This document shows, piece after piece, positions 24,061 to 37,803 of a DNA stretch of 64,000 bases. Position numbers and translations under genes: made by a program. Each line of letters begins with the position of its first letter. Within the stretch, counting starts at the first letter, position 1. Origin of the DNA: Tubulanus polymorphus (lineage: Eukaryota > Animalia > Nemertea); NCBI RefSeq assembly GCF_964204645.1, contig NC_134028.1:14019653-14083652 (forward strand), in the 5' to 3' direction. The notes beneath the pieces were generated by a model. It worked only from the letters and a program-made list of their open reading frames with translations. It did no database searches and was not told the origin of the DNA.

Positions 24061-26781
24061 TATTATTTTTCTTTTTCCCTTTTCCACACAGTTTTTGTTA
24101 AAAGTGTAACGGCTTTGCCTTACCACTGTTGCCGATACTATCCGTATGATATCCTTCAGCTCACTTCAATCTCCAGATACTGCATGAGAATTTAGATAAA
24201 TCCACGTTATAAAGGCACGGTCGAGCCATAAACATCGGAAATTTGGCCCCGTTCAATAAGTAGCCATGTTGTGTTTTCTTTCCGATATTTCTCTCTTCTT
24301 TTTGAGGAAGAGGTATAGAACTGTTCCCTCTCTTCCCCACAATCAATTTCAATCTCCAGATACTGCATGGGAATTTAGATAAATCCACGTTATAAAGGCA
24401 CCGTCGAGCCGTAAACATCGGAAATTTGGCCCCGTTCAATTAGTAGCCATGTTGTGTTTTCTTTCCGATATTTCTCTCTTCTTTTTGAGGAAGAGGTATA
24501 GAACTGTTCCCTCTCTTCTCCACAATCAATTTCACAGTCAATTTTATGAATTTATTGCTCAGCGGGTTCGACTCCAAGAGTTTACGAGTCCAGCGTTCGT
24601 ATGTCCGACCGGTTTACTGGCATTTGTTTGTTACCTCTTTCATATTTTTGATTTATTGTTATTCCGGTTATTTCATTTAGGTATAATACTGATCTGTTCA
24701 TGTCACCAAAAGTGTCAATAAATAGATCTTGAATTGATCAAGTTTAGATCAAGGTCGTTGAGTCGCGGGTGGCTTACGTTCGACTCAGAAAGACTCAAAC
24801 GACAGACAAGTATCAGGTGATTACGATAGCTTACTACTTAACACGCAGTTGACAAACAGTGTTAGGCCTGTGCCGGTTGGTGCGTATTAGGACTAAAATA
24901 TACTGGTAGGTCAGTTGGTTCGGTATTGAAGTGTGGAAGCTAAGAAAGCCTACCGGTATTTATTTGTCTATAGGCTATTACATCCAATACCATTTTAAGT
25001 ACGAAGTTGTTATCCGTACGTGACTGTACGGTGATCTCCACAGGTTAACCGTACGTGAGTTCCCTACAAACGCCGTACGTGAGTTCCTATAATCTACATA
25101 CGCGCATGTGTGGAAGAATAGGGTTTGGGTAAGGTGAGGCTATTTGTAAATCAACTTTCATCCACCCTGCAGTTACATTGTGTGGCTCAGTGGGAAAATT
25201 ACTGGACTACCGCTAGAATTTTTTTTTTCGTACTCACATACGGCTAACCTGTGGAATTTACCGTACAGTCACGTTGGGGTAACAACAGCGTTTTAAAGTA
25301 TTAAGTGAGTACGATAAGCCTACCATGCCTAAGGCTACGTACTACAAACACAACGTTTTCCCTCTCGTCGGCCCTACACTGATGTTACTATAACTGGTAC
25401 CGTTATCACATGGATAGGATTTGATCAGGACTAGCCCAAATTCTAATTCAGTTTATGCACTATTCACTCGATATCATTAAAACAATACACTGAAGTATTC
25501 ACAGGCAGAAAGGCTAATTGATTTGAGCCATGTGATTAATCTTAACCAGGCCTTCTCTGACCTGCTGACATTAATAGTCAAATATTGATCCAAAACGTTC
25601 ATGTGGTCACGGCTTGAATACCAGAAATCATTGTGGGCCTGTACATTTAGCTGTACATAGGTTTGGTATACCGATTTCTCCAATCATGACTGATAAGTGT
25701 ACGGTACAGCTGTACGCATTATACAATTGTACCAATAGGAAAAGGGTCTATTGATTGGGCTTATTATTTCCTGCTTTAGAATACTGAAATAAGCCGAACG
25801 TTCATTCGAATATCCAAAAATCGGTGAAAGTTTGACCGATGTTGTGATTCAACACGATCGACATAACACTGGAATAGGTTTGCAGTGACTAACAGTTCAT
25901 TTCATGTAGTCCTATGTACTTTTAGCCAATTTGGATTTGATTGAAATTGAAACTCTGGAACTTAACGAGAGACAAGTAAGACAAGTGGAAAAAACACAAG
26001 TTATTCTTGATTATCATATTCAAATCGAATTCAAATTCAAATTTATTTTATTATATCATATTAACAAAGCATATCATTGGTTCATGCAGTAATAAAAATT
26101 AGGACAGAACAAATATTATAATAGAATTTTCAAAAAGGTAATGAATTTCTATAACTTAGTGAACATTATTTTTCTAATAACTAAGATCAAGAGTGACTCT
26201 CCCGTTTTTTAGGAATCACACGCAACTAGTGGAATAGGTTTGATATAAAAACACATATTGCATGTATAAATTGTTTATCAGTATAGAATTTGTAAAACAT
26301 AAAGGCCGAAATCAACAGCGGTCGAGACCCAGACCAAATCAATTCATAATTTATTGATTGTATCTACACTACAATATATGTATTTATTCAAATATTTCAA
26401 TAAAAAGATTAACTTCTTAAATCTATTCCAAATCATAATACGTTCTTATCTGTAAATTTACTCAATCTATTGACACAGTAGGTGCTTAAGATGAGTTCTT
26501 AATAGGAAAGATCCATTTTAGCGTGGTGATAATACAGGATCATGATGTGTGAATGCCAAAACAAATGCCTGGTCGAATAAATTCATATTTGTTGATTGTA
26601 TGTCCGCGTATGTTCGGTTTCAAAGAAAATCACATTTGACGGTTACACAGTGGTTGCATATTAGGTTCGAATCTGTCAATTCATTTTATTCTATGTATCA
26701 GTATTTCAATTTACTACAATTCCCATCATCCTAGTGAATGGCTTTGCAGAAAACTCGTCATCGCTTCTTTGCAGCTATATT
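24061..26781 (-). repeat. Repeat B, uninterrupted copy (empty Polinton site at 25867-25872)
   Basis: gatcgacataaCACTGGaataggtttgcag; internal ~182-bp tandem duplication at 24166/24348. Confidence 0.75.
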
Positions 26782-28210
26782 TAATATGTGTTATTACATC
26801 ATTAATATCAAATTTCATTTCTTCGTTTAAAAACAAATCCAAAATATATACTCGGCCCTACTGTTATATTCATATTTATATATCATATAAATTACTCATT
26901 ACGTCTTATAACTAATTTATAAATTACAGGAAAGTTATTTAAATCAATTAAATATCCATTATGATTTCTTATTTTTAATTTAAAATTATTAAATTGTGGA
27001 ATACAAGCTTTGAAATCACATTCAGCTAAATTATAATTTATTTGTGTTCCAAATTATAAGACATTTTTAATGGTAAAATATTCAATAAACTAGAATTACA
27101 AATTGTATCTTTAGTTGCCAAGAAAGTTTTTGTTGGTTCAATTAAATTGCAATAAATATAAAAGTGTGTAAAAGGTATTATATTTGTATAAGTTTCAATA
27201 TTTGAATGATCTTTATCTGGAAGAATTCCAAACAGTTTAGCTAAAGGTTTTCTTACTAGAAATCTATGTTGTTCATTACCTACTTGTTTTCTTATTTTAT
27301 TCGAACTATCAATTTTAATAAATTTGATTTCAAACTTACTAGATGCACCCATTTTTAAACGAGCTCTTTCATTAATTTCTTGCGCTAATGATTCTAAATT
27401 ATATAATCCTGGTTTTAGATAAGATGAAACCATTTATTCAAATTTCTAACATAAATTTTATAAGCCAAATGATCGAGACTTTTATTCGATATATTATGAA
27501 AAGAATCACATAAACTTACATTTAGTAATTCTAAATCAACACAATTTTTAAATTCTTTATCTAATTGTTTTAGTAAATTATGAGATTTGTAATCAACATA
27601 ATTCTATATTCTTTTAATTCTACCATTTGTTTTACATATTTTTTATTCGAAATCTATATCATGCCATGACATTCTTTTTCATTCTTACCTTTGTATATGA
27701 AATAGAAATCATCTGATTATAATTCTTCAATATATTCACTAGATAATCTAAGAAATCTATCTGGTAAATATGTTCTGAATTTATATATTATTTCCTTTTA
27801 ATCCTTCATATTCTAAGTGAATAACTAATTTATTACCATATCTATTATTTCAATATTTGTAATTAAATATTACTTATGTAATGGTAATACTGTTAACTTT
27901 TTGAATTTATAATCTTCAGATTTTACATGTGTAGTATCTTTAATTATATTCAAGAATTCACTGTGTATTTGTTTCTCTCCATTTATTATACATATTTTTT
28001 ATTAAAATTGATTTCATTAGTATAATATTCATTTATATAATATTCATATATATGAATATTATTAGAGTAATAGGGTAAGCGTTGTTTCATATCAGAGGTT
28101 GAAAGGTTGAGTGAGTGAAAAATAGAAAATATATTCGAGCGTGTGAGAATTTATTTTTTATGAGCTCGACCTTTCGACCTCTGGTATGAAAAAACACTTA
28201 CCCTATTAAT
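26782..28210 (-). mobile_element. Terminal fragment of a related Polinton: short hairpin terminus, OB-fold gene, penton, 113-aa gene (no polB)
   Basis: Palindrome 28066-28210 (agtaatagggtaag...cttaccctattaat); penton remnant 27038-27433; decayed MERNK/MESKQ start at ~27982. Confidence 0.85.
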
Positions 28211-28329
28211 ATTGTTTGCGCTAAGAATACATAAAACTATCAAATTATTTCTAAGGATTGTATTTTTTTCAGTTATACGGTTTCTCATCCAACCAACACA
28301 TATTTCATCATTTTGTATACAACTTGACT

Positions 28330-28960
28330 GATGTTAAGTGTACACATTGATTGATGATATTGCACGGCTCTTTTTTGTGAATGAACGTTGAGACGATTTC
28401 TATTGCGTTATGACATGTTTGCTTACAATAGAACAACCGACTGTGAGAAAATAAAGACATCATTCAGGTCAACCAAGAATTCATCAGGAACGACATAATC
28501 TAAGTGATCTTTGGTGTATGCATTGATATCTCCGTATAGGAACACATTGTAATCCTTCATCAACAGTATCGATAATTTGGTAGTTTAGCTGATCAAGTAG
28601 TTCTATTCCACCATACGAATTTGCTTGTTTCCGGTGGCAAATACACACCATAAAGAGGATATTTCATTGGAGTAGAATAGATCCTTGTCAAATTCAATCC
28701 ACGAAATCAAGCTACAATTATTATTATTTGCATACTATAATACTAAAATATTTCCAACTGATATTCGTTAAGCAATTTTTGTCGATGTTTTTGATGAACC
28801 TGAAAACCTAAATTTTCAAAAGAGGAATTAATTAAGAATTCGTCAATGTCGTCCGTTTCGGTTTCCACAAATGTGATACTATCTTACTTTAAGTTCGGTA
28901 AATTCGTGGATGTTTAACTTTGAGTGAAACCCCATTCATTAATACATACAACCGATACTT
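28330..28960 (-). pseudogene. Non-LTR retrotransposon APE endonuclease relic
   Basis: Minus-strand FVETETDD, YGVYLPPETS and LYGDINAYT motifs. Confidence 0.6.
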
Positions 28961-29399
28961 TTTTGTCATAATTTAACATTGCTCCCGTCTTAATTTGGTC
29001 CGAACCAGGTACGGGCCAATTTAGACCGGTCTAACTGATTGTCGTGTGAACGCGGCTACTGATTAATTCCATAGATCTACCCCATTGAATGCACATTCGA
29101 TACCGATTGTTAATGTTTAGTGATGCTATCAAAGATTTCCTCCGTATTCGTCAGGAATGCACGCGGTCAAATGGTCTGGGCATTACGTCTGGTGAAATTA
29201 ATGATATCATACAGTCTGGCAGTGGAAATGTTATCTTTTACATGATGTTTAAGTCTATTACATTCAATAAAAATAGTGTATATATAAGTATTAAATTGAT
29301 TACGATTGATAGAACATCCGTGTTGACGCGATGTAGAGAGATAAGGAAAAAGTCCGAAAATGCAACTTTGAGATAGTAGTTTATTCAACGTTTAGACTA

Positions 29400-29810
29400 T
29401 ATCCTAATAGTCATCTTCAGGGTTAATGAGATACAACAAAAATAATGAGATATAAATCTTTATATCTCATAACAGTTTGGACTATAATTTCCTCGTATGC
29501 ATGCTGACTTCAACAGAAGTCTTTCGGATATAATTAAACGTTTCCCCTCCGCTAAAGAAACTTTGAATAAGTTCCATTCACGTCTATCATCTTTACCCTA
29601 CATTAATGGACTGCCTAAAATTCATAAAGATAATGTTCCACTGCGTCTCCAATTGTAATTCTCCTACACACCGGTTATCTAAATTTCTCGCGAAACAGTT
29701 ATCTCTTGTGCTCGGTTCGTTCTCCCCTTCGCGCCTTCACCATGATCAACATTTACTTGAACGTATTAAGAATATTATCCCTGAATATTATTTTTTATCA
29801 TTGCATATAA
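29400..29810 (+). pseudogene. Penelope-like reverse transcriptase relic
   Basis: LPYINGLPKIHKDNVPLR...SNCNSPTHRLSKFL. Confidence 0.7.
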
Positions 29811-30429
29811 GCTTACGTTAATTTAAAATCAATTATTAATCTTAAACGAAGGAAAATCATGGTACTTATGTGCAAGAGAATGGATTAAATCGCGGTTAGA
29901 AGCTGAGCTTACGACTTGATTATTCTGAAACTCACCCACAGATCCCCACTGCGGAGAAGCCAAATTATTATACCAGCCATCGTAACGTTCGATTATATAC
30001 GCTGAAATTTCAAAAAGAAAGGTAAGTAAATGCAAGCGTTTATGACTTTTCAACAGTGGTGTCCTCATGGATTTTGAACTTACCGTGATTCAAACCAAAA
30101 TATGTCGAAAGAAGCAGCTGAAACTGTAAAATAATGAACATTATCTTGAGTTACGAAACGTTCTAAACACGGAGATCCTTTGTAAAGGGCTTAAAACCTA
30201 CAAAATATATCTTCATAGTTACGCAGTCCAGCTGGGAAGTTCTCCAATGAGACTTCGCAAAACAATGAATGGATAGTAAAACGGAACCATTAATGAAATT
30301 CGCAGACAGAACTGTGCTATACAACGGATTGTATTACATGCATGATCTAGATGCAGGCACTGCATGGAGGGAAATATCTATATAGTCGAAACCCATTAAT
30401 CAAATCGAATAAACATAGTTAGGAAACGG

Positions 30430-30929
30430 TAACGGAAAACTAAATTGTGATGCGCAAAAGCGCCAAATCGACGGGAGAAGAACATTTCGGACCGTAAAAG
30501 TCAGTCATTCAGCGCGATTAAAGTCGTGTCACATGAAATTTTTCTCGTATCAGCAAAACTAAACTGTCCATGCGTAAAAGCGCTCAAATCGACGGGAAAG
30601 CCCGAAAACGTCGTTCAGTGCGAGAAAAGACGTTTTCGTATCAAATATTCTCCGTTTCGGAAAAAGTGAACATGTCGATGCGCGAAAGTCATTTGCACCA
30701 ACATAAATTTGTTTATTAAATTTCATAGAAGTTCTCCTCATTTTAACTGCAGCTAAATATTCATCAAATATTCTGTTACCAATAAATTCAGTATATGTTC
30801 TCAAATTGACGAGAAAAGCACTTTTCGACCCGAAAACGTCGTTCAGCGCGAGAAAAGACGATGTCGAATTATTCCGGCCCTCGCCGTAACAACAAAGAAA
30901 CGACCTGACTCGCAAGAAACAACCAGACA
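30430..30929 (-). repeat. BEL/Pao 3' LTR (distal end not resolved) with ~115-bp internal tandem repeats
   Basis: Minus-strand polypurine tract GGGCGGGAGAA followed by TGT at 30929; three degenerate caaat(c/t)gacg...ttcag(c/t)gcga units. Confidence 0.6.
30689..30799 (-). other. ~110-bp Polinton polB snippet inserted in the LTR repeat
   Basis: Encodes FIGNRIFDEYLAAVKMRRTSMKFNKQIYVGA. Confidence 0.9.
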
Positions 30930-31038
30930 TTCTCCCGCCCGACAAAAAAACGTGACATACAATTTTACACACAATACACATAATTTCCAAATCAAACAAC
31001 ATATAATCAATTAAATTAAGCAGTTGCTAAATAGTGAT

Positions 31039-32872
31039 TCATGCCTCCTCCGCCGCCGCAATATTTGTGATACGGACACGAGCAGCCGCAGCCGCTGCAC
31101 GTGTCGATCTACGCAAGCGTCGAGTAACATCATTTCTCACTTGACACGCCCTAGTATTCATCGGAACAGTATCAGTCGCCGCGAACACCTCCAACGGATA
31201 TAAACGATTGATCGAACGATTAGTAAATCCAGAAGATGTTTTTAATGACGCAGATCGGACCTTTCCATCGTTGCCGCGATGAAGCTCCGTAACTAAACCG
31301 AGACGCCACTCTAAACGAGGTACGTTGTCATGGATTTGAACAACGGCGCCGACTTTTATTTTTTCCTGATCTTTTCCACCGGACAGATGAAACTCGCGCA
31401 ATCCTAATAAATACTCGGTCTTCCACCGACGCCAAAGCGATTCGAACAATGTCGACAAATATTTCATACGGTGGGTTATCAAAGGTCGCGTGACAATGAA
31501 CTCGGGGTCGTTAAGTTCCTTCTCTGTGATATGCGGTTGAGGTAAGCTATTCATTCTACGACCAAATAACAACATTCATGGTGTAAGAGGAGTGATATCA
31601 GATACCTCAGACGTTTGATAAGTAAGAGGCCTGTCATTAATACAAGATTCAATTTCACATAATAATGTATACAACTCGTCACGCGGAACCGTGGTCCTTC
31701 CGAGAATTTTCTTTAGCATGGACTTAACCATGCCAACCAACCGTTCATAGAAACCTCCCTGCCACGGGGCCCTCGTAGTAATAAACTGCCATGAAACCCT
31801 GTGACTGGATGCATAATGCGAGAATTCAACAGATTGTCGAACCTCATCGATAATCTTATTACTCGATATGAATGTTGTGGCATTGTCAGATATAACTTTC
31901 CTCGGTAAGGACTTACGGGCCCAAAAACGACGAAACGCTAAAATGAACTCATTAGGGGTTAGATCCCATTACTATTTCCATATGCACGGCTCTAGAAACT
32001 GCACATGTAAAAAGACACACATGAATCTTAGAAACACCTGTATCCGACTTAACAAATAACGGTCCTAGATAATCTAGGCCAGTAAAGTAGAAACACGGTA
32101 CTTCATTAACTCGGCTGAACGGTAACGGTGGGGGTATTGGCAAAAAGAATGGCCTCCCCTGAACTCTTTTACACTTGACACAGTTTTCCAAAATGTTTTT
32201 AACTCTCTGGCGAATATTCGGTACCCAGTACTTAGAACGTACATCAGCGACAGTGGCACTTACTCCTTAATGAAAAATCATGAAGTGTGAACGCTTGATA
32301 ACCAGATCAACGAAGAAATGAAATTTGGGTAAGAGAACTAGGCGTTTCGCAGATTCGTTAATCGCAGCGTTATCTAACCGACCGTTTGAGCGAAGCAAGT
32401 CATCGTCGTCAATGTACAGGTGCAAGTTATTTATGATAGACGGCATCTTAACCAAATTGTCACCAGAAAATTTCCTTAATACAATCATCAGGATATTCAC
32501 ATCTCTGAATATGTGATATCCAAACGTTCTCTACATAGTTTAAATCATCCGCAGTGATTCTAGTCGTTGTCTTATTTGACGACCGACAGTTATGCATGAA
32601 ACGTAATGTCAAAACAGTGATACGCAGTAATGTAGTCAACGACGAAAAACTAGTAATGTCAATGACTTTACCAACACCATAATTCCTTATGATGGAATTG
32701 TGTGATTCTTCCTCATTGTCTTCGTCCGCAACAGTTAACACAGCAGAGGAAATTTGTTCAGATTTGTCCACCCGACCTCCTAACCAAATTTTGTTCGACA
32801 AGAAAGTATTCAAAGAAATCCACGGGTCAAAACGTCTGCACGATTAATTTCACTCGGACAAAATTTCCAATT
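31039..32872 (-). pseudogene. BEL/Pao retrotransposon pol 3' part (RNase H end, integrase, DUF5641-type C-terminus)
   Basis: WKFCPSEINRADVLTRG, CVKCKR, TGLDYLGP, LFTCAVSRAVHME, PWQGGFYERLV, WRRWKTEYLLGLRE, NRLYPLE. Confidence 0.92.
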
Positions 32873-32878
32873 AGCAAT

Positions 32879-33477
32879 AGTAATAGGGGTAATGGGCTTT
32901 CAGGCCAATGGTCGAACGGTCGAGCTCATTAAAAAACAAAACATTAAAAGTAATTTAAAACTATAATATATTTTCATAACCGTGTGTATTTTATATTAAA
33001 AACTAAATATTTATTCTAAGATATCAATAATTTAAAAAGCATATTGTATTAAATCAATTGGTCGCTCCACTTCGCTACCGCTCCGCTCCGCGACCAATTG
33101 ATTTATTTACAATACACAAATTCATATAATCAAATATATTCAAATAATAATTATTATTCTATTGTTCAACTGAAATACACACGGTTATGAAAATATATTA
33201 TAGTTTTAAATTACTTTTAATATTTGTTATTAATGAACTCGACCATTCAACCTTTAACCTGAAAGCCCATTACCCCTATTACTCTTAAAATAATCATATA
33301 TATGAATAACATTTAAATCATTGAACTTCTAAAATCAATTTTAATAAAAAATTTAGTATTAAAATGGAAGCAAATAAGTACTACTGTCCAACATGTAAAA
33401 TCAATATAGATAAATCCCAAAAAGCAAGACACAATAAAACTAAAACACATTCAGAGAATAAATTGAAACTAGAATAT
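32879..33477 (+). repeat. Left TIR of Polinton 2
   Basis: Reverse complement of 50769-51368 with a few mismatches. Confidence 0.95.
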
Positions 33478-36400
33478 AAAGATGATATATTAGAAACTAA
33501 ATTAGATGAATTAAAGAATGAAAAAGAAACATACAAATGTGATACATGTAATCAATCATTCAGTGATAAAAGATATTATAAAGAACATTTAAAATCTAAA
33601 AGTCATATTAGAAATAAGAATAATGAGATTTTAGGTGAAGATTATTTTGATAAAGATAATGATAAGAAACAGAAGACTATTAAAAGCATAAAAAATAAAT
33701 TAAACAATAAAAGACCATACATGGAAGATGTAAGAAATTATATTAATTCATTAGATAATAAAAAAGATATAGAGATAACCGAAGCATTTAAAAGTGATAT
33801 TGGCCCAGCAGCTATCGAGTTTAAATTTCATAAAGGAAAAACATTAGAAGAAAATAAAAAACATTTAGAAAATATGAAAGAAATAATAAAAATAATTACT
33901 GATGTTGAATATCCTAAAATAAGTATATCTTCTAAAGTTAAATTCATAAAATCTGAAGATAAACCAATATATAATATAAATTCTCATTCACAACATATCA
34001 TATCTAAACAACATATAGATGATAAATTAGATAAATGTTATAATGAAGTAAAAACTAAAATAGAAGAGAAATATTTTGAAGGATCTGGTTTAATATTTGA
34101 TGAGATAATATTTATGACTTTACATGTTTATAACACAAAATATAATAAGTTAACTAAATCAAAACCAATTGATGAAAATAATGTATCATATTATAAAGAT
34201 GATAGTATAAATGGAACAAGTTATATTAAACTACCATTTAAAACTAATGCTGTAATAAATGTACAAAATGAAGATAATAAATGTTTTCTATGGGCTATAA
34301 TAAGTTGTTTATACCCAGTTGAAGATTATAAAAAACATACTTATAGATTAACAAATTATAAACTATTTGAAAATAATTATAAGATAGATAAGTATCCTGT
34401 TATAATTAAAGACATCCCAAAAATAGAAAGAGATAATAATCTAAAAATAAATGTATTTGATTTAATTAAATTACCAAATACAAAAGGTAACAATATAAAA
34501 CATTATACATTAGAACCTTTATACCTATCAAAAGATTATGATTCAAAGGATGTTATAGATATATTATATTATGAGAATCATTATATGTGGATTAAACAAA
34601 TCGATTTATTTTTTAAATCAGAAAATGATCACCATAAAATATATCTTTGTAGAAAATGTTTACATAGATTCAGTAATGAAAGTACATTATTAAATCATAA
34701 ACAATTATGTGAAAATCATGATTATTGTAAATTAGTTTTACCAAATGAAAAGGATAAAATATTAGAATTCAAAAAATATGATTACAAAAATAAAGTACCA
34801 TTTGTTATATATGGAGATTTTGAATCATTAAATAAAGAATTAACTGATCAAGATAGAAAAGAAATATATTATAAAAGAAAGAAATTAAATTCTAATGAAA
34901 ATGATTTTTCAGATGAACCACCAAAAACAAATACTATTAAAAAGATTCATCAATCAGCTGCAGCTTTCGGGTTATATATAAAATCTGATTATCCAGAACT
35001 AATTGAAAGTGAATATTATAATTATAGAAATGAAAATGTTATCAATCATTTTTGTGACTTATTGATTGAATGTGAAATAAGATTTAGTAAATTATTGAAT
35101 ACAAATATAGAAATTATAATGACAGAAGAAGATAAAGAAGAATTTGCGTTTGCAGGTAAATGTTATTATTGTGAAAAGATATTTAATTATAAAGATCAAA
35201 AAGTAAGAGATCATGACCATTTGAATGGTAAATTTAGAGGTTCAGCGCATGAGGCTTGCAATTTACAAGCCAAAAAAGTAAATTGTGTCCCCATTATATT
35301 TCACAATTTATCGGGGTATGACGCGCATTTATTTATCAAACAGTTATGTCATAAAATAGAAGAAATCAATAATGAAATAGAAATATTAAATTCAAATAAT
35401 CAAAAGATAAAATACCAACTTATAAATTTAGAATGTTAGCTAAAACATCTGAGAATTATATATCTTTCCAATTTGGGTGTCTAAGATTTATAGATTCATA
35501 TAGATTTTTAAATAGTTCATTAGATAACTTAGATCAAAATCATTAGTTGATGATGAATTAAAAATATTAAAGCAACACTACCCAAATAATGATGATTTTA
35601 AATTAATGAGATATAAAGGCGCAATTCCATATTCATTTTATAAATCACATAATTATTTTAAAATAACTGAATTATTGAAAGAACAATTCTATGATGAATT
35701 AAAAAATGAATATGTTAAAGATGAAGTCTATAATAGAACATTGAATATTTGGAATCATTTCAAAATAGAAAATCATGGGCAATTAATAGATTTATATTTA
35801 AAATCAGATGTATTATTATTAACCGATATATTCGAAAGGTTTAGAGATGTAAACCTAAAATATTTCAATATTGATCCATGTCATTGTTATTCAAGTCCAG
35901 GATTAACATGGGATTGTGGATTAAAATTTACAAATATAAAAATGGATTTGTTAACAAATATAGATCAATTACTATTATTTGAAAAATCTATAAGAGGAGG
36001 AGTTTCAGGTGTACTAGGTGATAGATATTTCAATGTAAATGATAACCCTGGATATAAGTTATTATATATAGATGCAAATAATTTGTATGGTTGGGCAATG
36101 ATGGAACCACAACCTTATGGAGTATTTGAAATAAGTGAAGTTTTACAGAATGAAAATAATGATAAATTTGATTTGAAGAAAAGAATTCTAGATATTGCAG
36201 ATGATTCAGATACTGGCTACTTCTTTGTTGTAGACTTAGAATATCCTGAATATATTAAATTTAAATCTAGAAATCTAGCTTACTGTCCCGAACATTTAAC
36301 TGTAGATGATAGTTATTTAAGTGAATACCAGTAGAAAATAAAACCGAAAGATCATGTTTTTACAGAAAAATTAATACTTACTCAAAATAATAAATACAAT

Positions 36401-37405
36401 TGTATTGTTCATTATAGAATGTTAAAATTTTATCTAAAACAAGGAATGAAATTAAAGAAAGTACATAGATATATTGAATTTAATCAATCGAAGTGGTTAG
36501 AAAAATATATAGATTTCAATACTCAACAGAGAACAATATCAAAAACAGATTTCGAAAAAGATTTTTTTAAACTAATGAACAATGCATTCTATGGTAAGAC
36601 TTGTGAAAATATTAGAAATAGAAATGATATTGAGTTAGTCAGTAATGGTAAAAGAATTAGACATTTACAAACATATCCTAAGTTCGTTGGTAACAGAATA
36701 TTTGATGAAAATTTAGCTGCAGTTAAGATGAGAAGAACATCAATGAAATTTAATAAACCAATCTATGTTGGCGCTTCAGTTTTAGAATTATCAAAATTAC
36801 TAATGTATGAATTCTATTATAATGTATTAGAACCACTTTTTGGAGAAAAACATATAGAAATATTATATTTTGATACCGATTCTTACATATTAAAGATAAA
36901 AACTGATAACATAACTGATGATTTAAAAACATTAAAACATCATTTTGATTTAAGTAATTATCCTAAAGATCATGAATTGTTTAGCAATGATAATAAAAAA
37001 GTTCCAGGGAAGTTTAAGGATGAATTAGGTGGTGAAGAAATGATAGAGTTCATAGGTATTAGATCTAAAATGTATTCATATAAAACTAAAGAACATGAAG
37101 CTAAAAAGTTAAAAGGAATAACCAAAAGTGTAGTAGAAAAGAATATTCATTTCAAAGATTACATCAATTGTATATTCAATGAAGAAGTTAGAAAACATTA
37201 GATGAGATGTTTAAGATCTGAAGATCATGAAATGTTTATTGAAGAAATTGAAAAGATAAGTTTAAACCCATTTGATGATAAAAGATATATTTTAGATGAT
37301 GGAATTCATACAGCTGCTTATGGTTGTAATTTAGATGAATACTTAAAATTTAAAAGAGAAGAAACAAAAGAGAACGAGATAATGAAAAGAATTCTAACGT
37401 GTTAA
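33364..37405 (+). pseudogene. Protein-primed PolB (ZnF, OTU-like region, exonuclease with EndoVII-like insert, polymerase), broken
   Basis: ORFs 33364-35439, 35606-36334, 36419-37201 and 37202-37405; NKCFLWA...ENHY, YGDFES, YIDANNLYG, KLMNNAFYGKT, YFDTDS. Confidence 0.95.
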
Positions 37406-37434
37406 TCAAATTTTAATAAAAATATGTTATTAAA

Positions 37435-37790
37435 ATGGAGAGTAAACAAGCACACAGTGAGAACAACAAATTATTTCTAGATAGAATTAGATATACTACA
37501 AATGTAAAATCTGTAGATTATAAATTCAAAAAGTTAACAGAATTAACAATCCATAAGAAATATCTAATTACAAATATTGATACAGTTACTAATAACTATG
37601 GAGATAAATTAGTTATACACTTAGAATATGAAGGATTAAAAGGAAATACATATAAATTCAGAACATTTACCTGATAGATTTCATAGATTATCAAGTGAAG
37701 ATTTAGAAGAATTATGTTCTGGAGATTTCTATTTCGTACACAAAGGTAAGAATGAAAAGGGACACCATGAAATAGATTTCGAATCAGAAA
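37435..37790 (+). pseudogene. OB-fold-like gene, frameshifted
   Basis: Matches 14551-14904. Confidence 0.75.
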
Positions 37791-37803
37791 ATATGTAAAA
37801 TAA

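Noticed and set aside
30430-30870. CRISPR-like repeat/spacer array containing a viral spacer
   Set aside because: Only three degenerate ~115-bp LTR repeats and a single insert; no regular spacers and no cas genes.
37202-37405. Separate 67-aa gene after polB
   Set aside because: SLNPFDDKRYI is the normal pPolB C-terminus, cut off by a point stop (AAG to TAG) here and by a frameshift in copy 1.
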